From Guillardia theta CCMP2712 (taxonomy: Eukaryota > Protista > Cryptophyta): DNA of 64,000 bases. Made by a program: the position numbers and the translations under genes. Shown here one piece after another: positions 23,175 through 34,969 of this stretch (within the stretch, counting starts at the first letter, position 1; every line of letters begins with the position of its first letter). Under the pieces are notes generated by a model. That model searched no databases and had not been told where the DNA came from. It saw nothing but the letters and a program-made list of their open reading frames with translations. The stretch lies in the NCBI RefSeq assembly GCF_000315625.1, contig NW_005434645.1:515181-579180 (forward strand), written 5' to 3'.

Positions 23175-23942
23175 TCAGATTGGTCGCGAGGAGGTGAGAT
23201 TTGAAACATCTCTCAGGAGTCGATTGATCATCTGTGCACGGCAATTATTCTCAGTACAGTGACACCCCTCTCAGGGCCCTGATACACACCGAGAACCCTT
23301 CGTCCATCTTGCGCTCGACTGTCTGCACAGTCTGCTTGAGCCCGTCCACAGTCTGCTTGAGCCCGTCCATGTTCTCCTTGAGCCCGTCCATGTTCTCCTT
23401 AAGAGCCTGCATGTTCTCCTTAAGAGCCTGGATCTCCTTTTGGTGCTCCTACATCGCAAGTCAGTCAGTTCCCTCTCGCCTCGCTAGAGTCCAACACACA
23501 CCGAGAACCCTTCGTCCATCTTGCGCTCGACTGTCTGCACAGTCTCCTTGAGCCCGTCCATGTTCTCCTTGAGCCCGTCCATGTTCTCCTTAAGAGCCTG
23601 GATCTCCTTTTGGTGCGCCTGCAACTCCTCTTTCAGTCGGATTCTGCAACGGTGAGTCAACACCCTCTACAGACCATGTGTTTGTCCTCGTTGTCCTCAC
23701 GAAGCTCCTACAAGCCGCGGGAGTCACTGTCACAGAGAGATTCGAGGAGCAGAGGGATATGCTCAAGTACCTTGAGGTCCATCCTCAAACCGTTGAACAT
23801 GCTGCAAAAGAAGACTGGTACTCCGCTCTTCGCCAACAAGATGTCAGCCTCCCTAGCAGATTTCCAGCGCCTTGCGATATGAGTAGCGTTCTTGACGAAA
23901 GCCTCCTTCTCTCCTCCGACTATTATGCCCATTGCAAGCAGC
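23175..23942 (-). pseudogene. Gene A copy 6, 5'-truncated
   Basis: Homology begins at LLAMGIIVGG. Two repeat exons, with an extra QALKENM heptad. Confidence 0.8.
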
Positions 23943-23990
23943 GATGGCATCGCTGAGACGGGTGGAGCCTACCGAGCAAATCTGTCATGG

Positions 23991-24473
23991 TTGCTCCATG
24001 ATCTGAGGCCCGCCGCACTCACTGGCTGGGGTCTCAAACCCACTGCCAGGCAGATGCATCAAGCTTGAAGATTCCTCAAGTCTAGAATTAGTCTCAGAAC
24101 CCTCCTCTCGGACCTTGCTGAGTCACGGTTGTCGACAATCCTACCAAGAGTCTCCGAGTCCCGGCCCTATTGTTCTACTTTATAGTAATGGCGAGATCTG
24201 CAGCGAATAAATCGAGAAAACAGGAGAAGAGCATTCGGAAGCTGAACAGAAAAACTTCCAGCGTTGAACTGGCAGTTGAAAGTCAGGTGTATCATATGCA
24301 AACCTGCCTGCTATCATAGTCGAGATGTTGATGTTTCTCAACATGAAGAATCCTCAGCACCTCGATCATATCAACAGAGCACTGCGGCAGCCGCGCGCAT
24401 CGACGCGCGATGAACTCCACGCTAGTGATGGAAGTTCAGGAAGCTTTGAAGGTATACCAGAAGAAAGCTGCAC
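23991..24473 (+). pseudogene. Gene A copy 7: decayed upstream region plus 5' coding fragment (ATG 24188)
   Basis: Aligns to 6641-7087 with six small insertions, one deletion and several substitutions, and is frameshifted. Confidence 0.9.
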
Positions 24474-25008
24474 TCGCCCTCTTCCGAGTTCCCCCTGCAC
24501 CTGCATCGCTGTCGGTGGTGAGCGCATCAGTGAGCGCATCCTACAACGCTGCGGGCTTACTGGCGGGCTTACTCAAAGTGAAGTAAAGCCCGGGCCCGGG
24601 CCCCGGGCTGGGCCCCGGGCCAGCAGTATGGCCCGGCCGCATTCTGGCAGGGTCGCCGGGCGCAGACTTTTACACGAATTCGATTAAACAGTTTTAGTCA
24701 ATATATCTATCAGTACTGATGCCCCTTCATGCAGGGTGTTAATTCGAACAAATCTATTTTAGATCAATTTATATCAAGTTTTAGGTATTTTTGTCATCTT
24801 TTCTACAGTGTCCAGTGACTCTTGGGGTCCAGAAGGTTTTTCGTTCCCCCTGCCCCACTTGGTTTTACCTTGCTCCACCTCAAGCCGGTTCCCTCCTGTC
24901 ACTTCCGAACCAACTTAACATACAGTCGCAAGGCTTGATCTTACCTGCTGCTCCTCTCCTTCTCCTCCCTCTCCCTTTATTCATTCCTCTTTGGTTCTTA
25001 AGATAGAC

Positions 25009-25725
25009 ATGTCTGCAAGCTCACAGTCAACACACTCAGAAAATGGAAACTCTAAAAAAGAGTCACCAGTGCCCCAATTGGAGAAACCCAAACACAGAAA
25101 AATGGCAAAAGGTCTTCGGAGTAATTTCTTGGACTATCTTGAAAAGCAAATCTCAGAGAAAGAACGATTACTTGAGCTTAACCTGAAGAAACAAAGGGCT
25201 GCAGAGAACGACACTGATCTCCAGGTGACTTGAACGTAATTGACCCCTTGTCTTGACTTGTGCTCGTAGGATAGCATTCAACGTCAAAACCAAAAGTTTC
25301 GAGACGATCTTGACATGTTGCAGAAACTCCTATCAGAGCAACGAGAAGCTTTGATCCATGAAACGGTTGAGGCCATGGAAGCTAGGAAGGCAGCAGAACA
25401 AAGCATGAAGGCTGAAGCAGAACCGCATGTCTCTGACTCTCAATCGATTCCTGTTCATCATCGTAACAGAATGTATCGGCAACTTCCTGCCTGCCACGTC
25501 AACTCTCCGACATTGACTGTTGCTCGATCTCGAGCCGACCCAGCTCCAACGGTGGTTTCTAGAGTGGCAAGCGCGTATTGTTCAAGATTCACAGCTGGCG
25601 TTGCCAACCCGATTTTGAGGCCTCTGGACAGTTGGCTAGGAAGACTCTCTAGCTTCTTCTATGGGAGACCTAGTGCACGGACTGAAGGTGAGAGGGCGCT
25701 GTCTTTGTTTTACATTGCCTCGTGA
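25009..25725 (+). CDS. Hypothetical coiled-coil protein (multi-exon, 3' end uncertain)
   Basis: MSASSQSTHSENG...DTDLQ joined through a GT-AG intron (25226-25270) to DSIQRQNQKFRDDLDMLQKLLSEQREALI. Confidence 0.55.
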
Positions 25726-26855
25726 CACGGCTCCGTGGCTGCAGCACGATACCCAGAGCGACGAGGAAACGGATATCCTTTCTTCTGCTGTGGCAATCCG
25801 GCAGACAGAGACTCTGGTACCTCCTCCTCAACTTTGAGCATTGTTTCTGAATAGGCTCTGCATAGAGTCGATTCCGGAGAGAGTCACCGTGGACAACCGC
25901 GATTATTACGTCCACAGGTTATCACTTGAACTAGGGTCCTGGCCTTGGCTCATTTGAATTTGCAGAGCCTTGAACATTCCCAAGAGAGACGATGAAGCTC
26001 ATGATTATGTGCTAGTTTAACAGCGAGTAGCGTTGATCGGATCGGATCGCGGTGATCGGACACCAGGTCCTAGCTCGACTGAGCCTAGTAGTCGCCAATA
26101 GTACTTGCCACTCGAAAGTCGATCTTCCGAGGAAGAACAGGTTGAATAAAGTTACATGGCGGTCACCCAGAGGGTCTCAGACTTTCATCACAGACAAGGG
26201 CAGTCACGCTGCCCGGGAGATCATCCCGATTCTGTCCGGCAGTAAAGTGCAACCACTGAGGAGTGCACTGAGAACCGTCGCAGGAACCGTCGGTGCGATG
26301 ATGGTCCGAGGAGGGATGTGGTCATACGTATGAAGCTGACGTGGTTGCGACCCTCGTCCTTGACCCCTACCCACCATATTTACCATGAAAGTACCCCTTA
26401 TCTCTGGTTTCCTCCTACTGAACAGAGAAAGGTGTCTAAAATTAGAAACTTTGTGGAGAAAACCAGCCAAACGTCATAGCTCCGTGTTTTAAATACATTT
26501 TAGACGTCAGCGTCGACAGCAGTTCCAATCGTAGTTGGCTCACATTTAGAGCCCCTTGAAGATCTTCGTCTATATTATCTCCCGAACAATAACAGTAAAG
26601 GCCCTTGATGACAAGCCAACAAAGTTCCAAAGGGAGACCATCCCCCACTGCCCGTCGTTCCTGGTTTGCCCCCCCCCCCCCCCCCCTTCCCCTTATCGTT
26701 TCAAACTTCACGACAGCGTCTCCTCCCTCCCTTCTGCTCCTTGCATCCCTCCTGCCTTCCTGCCATACTCTCCTCACTTCCTTCCTCACATACCTCTTGC
26801 TACACTTGCTAGTCGGACCTGCTGGTCCTTGTGAACAATCAAAATTCTCTCGAAA

Positions 26856-27080
26856 ATGTTTGGCATCGTCCGTCAGTATGTGGACGCAAAGAACAAGAGC
26901 TGGATTCTTCCTTCCAGCAAGGCTGGCGAGGCAATGAGCACACTCTCCGCCATCTCTCTTGGATCATCATGGGAGACCAAGGAAGTCGAGAACCTTGTTG
27001 CTTTCGTGGACGAGTCCAGCCCGACTCGTCAAGTCATGAACCGCCGGCCACTTACCAAGAGGCCCCACAAAGTTCTCTAG
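26856..27080 (+). CDS. Small hypothetical protein (74 aa)
   Basis: ATG in aaaATG context after a pyrimidine-rich leader, protein-like composition. Confidence 0.4.
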   Translation: MFGIVRQYVDAKNKSWILPSSKAGEAMSTLSAISLGSSWETKEVENLVAFVDESSPTRQVMNRRPLTKRPHKVL

Positions 27081-27241
27081 TGCATCATGATCACTGTTGA
27101 TTGATACGTTACCTTCCCTGCGTTGTAAATGACTGATCCCGTAGACTATGACACTCAATCTGGTTGTATATAAAACTCGTTCGTGATATCACAGCTCCCC
27201 GACAAACACTCTTCATTGGACAAAATCTGATTAGCAAAAAC

Positions 27242-29335
<2,094 letters not shown>

Positions 29336-30608
29336 GGTGGTACTTGCAGCGATCAGCTAGTAGCGAGCTGGGGTGGGGGGGTGGGGGGGGGACGGGCAAA
29401 TAGATCATCATCGACATTGCATCTGAGTGTGCAGAGGAGAGAACCAGCATAGTTCTCCTTTTCTCACAATTCACTACCAGCACATTTGAGGTCCCTGCAC
29501 TTTGGGTACAAACATGACAAAGAGATGCACTAGAGATCACAAACATGTATCAGCAACCCGTGTAAACACACTTCTTGACAACATGACAAATTTACAACCA
29601 CAACAATATATCTGTCTTTGAATTCCCATTCCATCACCCTCCAGAGTTGTCCTTACCGAAGTGCATGGCGGCCGCCGGCCTTGTTAGATGGCTATCCACC
29701 CCCGATTATCCCCTAGAAAGCTCGATTTTTACCTGGTGGGGTAGGCTGTAATACATTTGAGTAAACATCCGGGGCTGGCATTCTACTAGTACGGTTCCGA
29801 ACAACTTGCGGCGAATCATAGTACGGTCCGGCGGGCCGAGTTCCTGACACCCGCCGCCGTCGGACCGTACTTGAACTGAGTTCCGAGTCCGATCACTGCC
29901 GGGCCCGAACCCGGGGCCGCCGGCCGCGCAACTCAGACCGTGCACCGTGGAACCAGGGAGGCCAGGCTCCGGCTCAGCTGTTCACTAACCTGATCGGATC
30001 CGAGTCGGACCGTTCGTGACAGGCCGGGCAGAGCGGCTGTCTGACGTGTGCCGACGAACTTCGGACTCGGGAACTTGATCGGACGGCGTGACGGCAAGTA
30101 TCGATCGGATGATGACCGTACTGTGTTGGACTCCGGATCATTGAAAGCTCGAGTCCGTCCGACGGTGGCCGCGCCGTCCGGATCTCCGGCCCGGGCGGGG
30201 GCCTCCGTCGCTCAACAATCATTGAAACTTCAAATGCAAGTTGCATTCGGAAACCTCATTGGCGGTCACACGGAACCATGACGGTCCGTCACGTAAGGCG
30301 CCTGTAAGCCTCATCTCAAGATCTTTATCACGCGTCAGCAACTTCTTCGACGTGTGGCCTCCGTGTGTCCCTCGTGACCTCCGTGCCTGGCACTTACACG
30401 ATTCCACCCCCACCCACCCCTTCCTGCAACTTACTACTGCTACACCCTTCACCCACCCCCTCCTCCCCCCCGGCCTCCTTGTCTTTACTACACGGAGCTA
30501 GTTTCCGGACGGTCGGACCCTGTGATCCACCCCATATCACCGCAAGTTGATCCTGCCCTGCTCGCCCATCCCACGCCAGACGCAGCATCAGCGACTCGCC
30601 CCGCCAGC

Positions 30609-30884
30609 ATGTGCAACATCACCGTCTACTGGTCCGAGGTCTCTCTGTCTGCCGCTCCCCGACAGTGCCGGCCTGCAGACTGCGCTGCTTTGCCTTGCAA
30701 GCGACGGGCAGAGCAGTCATCTGCGAGCGTGAGGGGGGTTACAACTGGACTCCTAGACAAGAAGGAGAGCAAGGGGAGCTGCTTGGAGAATATTCTTGCC
30801 GCGAGGAGAAAGCACGAGGAGAAGACTGGAGGAGGACCTGGCATGAAGGGGATGAAGGAGGCAGGCATTGTGATCGACGTGTAG
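30609..30884 (+). CDS. Small two-exon hypothetical protein MCNITVYWSE|...GVTTGLLDKKESKGSCLENILAARRKHEEK...IVIDV (left arm copy)
   Basis: Coding parts are conserved between arms, while +4 and +3 nt indels fall in the putative intron after gag|gt. Confidence 0.55.
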   Translation: MCNITVYWSEVSLSAAPRQCRPADCAALPCKRRAEQSSASVRGVTTGLLDKKESKGSCLENILAARRKHEEKTGGGPGMKGMKEAGIVIDV

Positions 30885-31679
30885 GATAATGAACGAGACT
30901 TGAACAGACAGGTTGTGTAGATAATGTAAATATAATGAACGACAGGCTTTTTCAATCGCGTTTTCTGTTTGTTTTACACACTCACACACAACGCATATGG
31001 ATTCTATACTAGTGTTTCAATGAAAATCACTTCCGTTTCGGACACCAATCTTCAATGATTTCGAAGTGCATTCAAAACGTCAATCGACATTTCCAATGCC
31101 TTGATGCCACGGCTCAATGTTGGATCTGAGGATGGATGTCTTATTTGAGAAAGTTTTATGAGATTATTTCGTGGTAGTCCCATTGCAGCTATGCTTTAGC
31201 AAAGACTCGAAGGGAATGAAATGTCAAAGATACGCACATTCGTCTGCTTTTGCCGTACACACTGCAAACTTTTATCGGTTTTCCTCCATGATATGATCAT
31301 CATCCGACATCTCTATTCTCAAATGCAGAAGTAGTTTGCTCCCCAAGACATGATCAAATGAAACCCACTTCAATAATTGCCGGTCTCCCGTGTTCTCGCT
31401 AACGCTGACCGCTTTTTAACAAAGCCGGAATGATACAACAAGATTAGAGGAATCTTTACTCGAGGGTCATCGAGCAACCACCACAGAATATCGTTCGAAA
31501 TTGAGATCGTGCATGAGCAACTACCGCAACCTGACCTGAGCTCATCGTAACAGGAAACGTGATTGAAAAAGCCTTTCGTTCATTATATTTACATTATCTA
31601 CACAACCTGTCTGTTCAAGTCTCGTTCATTATATTTACATTATCTACACAACCTGTCTGTTCAAGTCTCGTTCATTATC

Positions 31680-31962
31680 CTACACGTCGATCACAATGCC
31701 TGCCTCCTTCATCCCCTTCATGCCAGGTCCTCCTCCAGTCTTCTCCTCGTGCTTTCTCCTCGCGGCAAGAATATTCTCCAAGCAGCTCCCCTTGCTCTCC
31801 TTCTTGTCTAGGAGTCCAGTTGTAACCCCCCTCACGCTCGCAGATGACTGCTCTGCCCGTCGCTTGCAAGGCAAAGCAGCAGCGCAGTCTGCAGGCCGGC
31901 ACTGTCGGGGAGCGGCAGACAGAGACTCGGACCTCGGACCAGTAGACGGTGATGTTGCACAT
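31680..31962 (-). CDS. Second, convergent copy of the same small two-exon gene
   Basis: Reverse complement of 30609-30884. Confidence 0.55.
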
Positions 31963-33525
31963 GCTGGCGGGGCGAGTCGCTGATGCTGCGTCTGGCGTGG
32001 GATGGGCGAGCAGGGCAGGATCAACTTGCGGTGATATGGGGTGGATCACAGGGTCCGGAAACTAGCTCCGTGTGGTAAAGACAAGGAGGCCGGGGGGGAG
32101 GAGGGGGTGGGTGAAGGGTGTAGCAGTAGTAAGTTGCAGGAAGGGGTGGGTGGGGGTGGAATCGTGTAAGTGCCAGGCACGGAGGTCACGAGGGACACAC
32201 GGAGGCCACACGTCGAAGAAGTTGCTGACGCTGATCTTGAAGGCGAGCAACCTTTTTGGATTGCGGCCCATGCTCGGGGATACGAAACGCCGACGGTGTC
32301 TTCGAACGGTACTGTTCTAGTTTCAGTCATCACGACCTCATGACAGGTGGGCAGCGCCATTGTGACTCACTCAGGCTGCCAGGAAGCCTACCCGCCGTGA
32401 CACTCTGTTGCCGCCACCGGACCGGAGCGCCGCGTCACACTGCTGTACTGTACTCAGTTCCGCCGGGCCAGAGTCCGCCGGGCCAGGACCGTGAGGGCCC
32501 TGTCACAGCCACTGGCTGGCGGCGCCGGGTGGGCCCGCCGCCGGCACGGCGCGGACCTTCTGAGCCCGGGCCGCGGGCCGCGGCCGGCCCACGTTGATCC
32601 GATCGGATCGGATCGGCCCGGCCCGATAATCGGCGGCGCCGGCGCGCGTCACTACGGAGTACCGTGCAGTTGTCAGTCGGATATAAGGAAAACTTCCAGG
32701 GGTGGTTCAAACTATTTTCCACAGGGGTGCAGTTGGTTAAGCTCCACAGTACCCTGGTGATAATGTCAAATTCAGGGGGTGGGGTAGTGATTCTTGAAGG
32801 TAAAGTGGGTGAAACGATGCGGTCTGCTGTAAAATAGAAAGGGGTAGGGTACTCTGAAGGTAAATTGGGGGTACTAAGTGATTCTCCAGTTGGTCTTCAA
32901 GCCTGCTCGTCCTTTTAAGTATTTCATATACTACTTTATCAATCAATAATTTTTTGTATTATAAATAATAACTTTTGGTAGGGTATTGAGAGGTGTTTTT
33001 CCTTTGCCTTTGGGAAATATGACGGGGCAAGGGAAAAGCAGATGCTGTAAACCATCGGAGAGTTTGGGAGACACGCGCATGGTGCGAGGCTGGTAGAGAA
33101 GCAGGAGCAGGAGCAGCACGAGCAGGAGCAAGAGTGAGAGTGAGAGCAAGCGAAACAGCACCAACAAGACAGAAAAGGAGCCAATCAGCAACAAAGTCCT
33201 CAACCAGAACTGGCCGAGGAGAATATCCCACTCAAGATTCGGATCAACAACGAAAAGGATCAGCAGTTTATCGTCAGTGTGAGCAACAGGATCAGTAGAG
33301 GCAAAGACGCTGAGAGATAAGCGCACTTTGTCATCGGGAATAACACACAGCGCATCAAAACATCAAGATAGCCGAAAGCTAATATCTTCATCGCTTCGTC
33401 CAGATTCGGCATCAGAGTCTACACAAGTCTGATCAGGGAATAAATCCCTCTGAGTGAAGTCAAATACTCCGAGCGCTTGTAGGCACAGTCTCGCTGCATC
33501 AGAGCCTCGGTGTATACCAGAAGAG

Positions 33526-34875
33526 ATGTTTCCAGGCGGGATGCGTTCTAGCTTGAACATGATGAGAATGCAATTTCGCATGCATTTTCCTTTTTATCAG
33601 CGAAGGTGATTGCTCTGTCTCTTTAGCACACTGAGATAATTACTTTTTTGTTTTCCTCTCCTTAGTTGCTCAACAAAAGCAGCCTTTGCTTCTACAGGAG
33701 GATTCAGCTTGCTTGCGATCGCGCAACAGTGAGCAGTCGTCTTGATACCTCCTCTGGCTTTTGAACTTGCTGAAAACAGATATCCTTTCCAATTTCAAGT
33801 AGTTGTGAGCACCATCAAGACGAGCATTGCTGATATCATAACTCAGACACAGGCACATGCTTCTTGTGAACGTTTCATGATCTCAAACTTGATTGTAGAT
33901 TGAAGGCAAAAGCATCACTGAGATCGACACAAAGAGAAATCTTGTGTTTGTGGTGTTCGGGGCAACTTACCTCGGGGGGTTTCAATGGTGGCTGCAAGTA
34001 CGTCGCACATGTATTGGCGTGACCATTCTGAGACACAAGCAGGTCACCAAGTTTCGCCAGTGGTTCCCTGGCATGGACAGATTTGCTAACGCTACCTTTG
34101 CGGAGAAGCTGAAAGACGTGAGAGGGAGGAGGAGAGTTCAGACGAGGAGGTCCTGACCTTCGGCTTCTACAGGTTCCTGGGATGATCAGTGCAGGAAAGC
34201 AAGTAGCCTTCGACGTGTTTGTGCACCTTCCCTTCATGTACTTCCCCTGCTTCTACACGGTACTGAGCGATGAAGCAACGAGGACGACGCAGCTCTGACC
34301 GAACCTTGATGCAGGTGAAGGAGTTTGTGCAAGGGAAGAGCTGGAATCCCATTGACTGGGCTAAGGACGGATGCACAAAGTGAGCATATGTAGAGAGGGA
34401 TGGAGCAGGGATGGAGCAGGAGCAAATGCAGGAGGCAAGGGTTGGAGGAGGAACTGGAAGGAACTGGAAGGATGGGGATGGAGATGGGGATGGGAATGGA
34501 GAGGTGGCAAGAAGCAGGAAGGGTGATGACAAGCTGCCTCAGGTATTACAACAACTTCAGAAAGGACACTTACGCTATGTTCTGCCTGTGGGCGCCGGCT
34601 GATTGTGTTCTGTTTGCGGTACCGATGTGGCTCCGAATGCCGTAAGTTTTGCTCTTTTCTTTGTTCTTTCCACTCTCCTCGCTACATTACACTTCCATCC
34701 GCATTCATCTTTCTTCGTACGATGCTGCCCTGTTGCGACTCATTGCACTGACATCGACTTGGCCTGACTCGTATGCTACAGCGGGAGGCATCTGGTGAGC
34801 CTTGGGTGGACAGCATACCTATCCTTTCTAAGAGGTGCCAAGATTCCTGAGAAGGCGATAGAGGATAAGAAATAA
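33526..34875 (+). CDS. Mpv17/PMP22-family membrane protein with probable mitochondrial presequence
   Basis: YPFQFQVVVSTIKTSIADIITQ, IDTKRNLVFVVFGATYLGGFQW, KQVAFDVFVHLPFMYFPCFY, LWAPADCVLFAVPMWLRMP, VSLGWTAYLSFLRG. One intron needs a GC donor (~33853). Confidence 0.88.
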
Positions 34876-34969
34876 TCATCATGCTGCTGTACTTGATTTA
34901 TTTGTTTCACTTCCAATGACAATTGCATTAAAAATTCATCTAAGGTGACCTGATTGCGCGAAATTCATT

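Larger units (their letters stand above)
20039..23942. repeat. Palindrome 3: left arm to 21824, spacer 21825-22976 in opposite orientation to palindromes 1 and 2, right arm 22977-23942
   Basis: B1 is on the plus strand here and on the minus strand in the other two units. Confidence 0.9.
30316..32240. repeat. Inverted repeat: arms 30316-30969 and 31549-32240 around a ~580 bp unique spacer
   Basis: Arms are near-identical reverse complements. The right arm has an extra 46-nt tandem duplication at 31577-31668. Confidence 0.93.

Noticed and set aside
33363-33858. Minus-strand ORFs suggesting a pseudogene
   Set aside because: Largely antisense to the 5' exons of the Mpv17/PMP22 gene.
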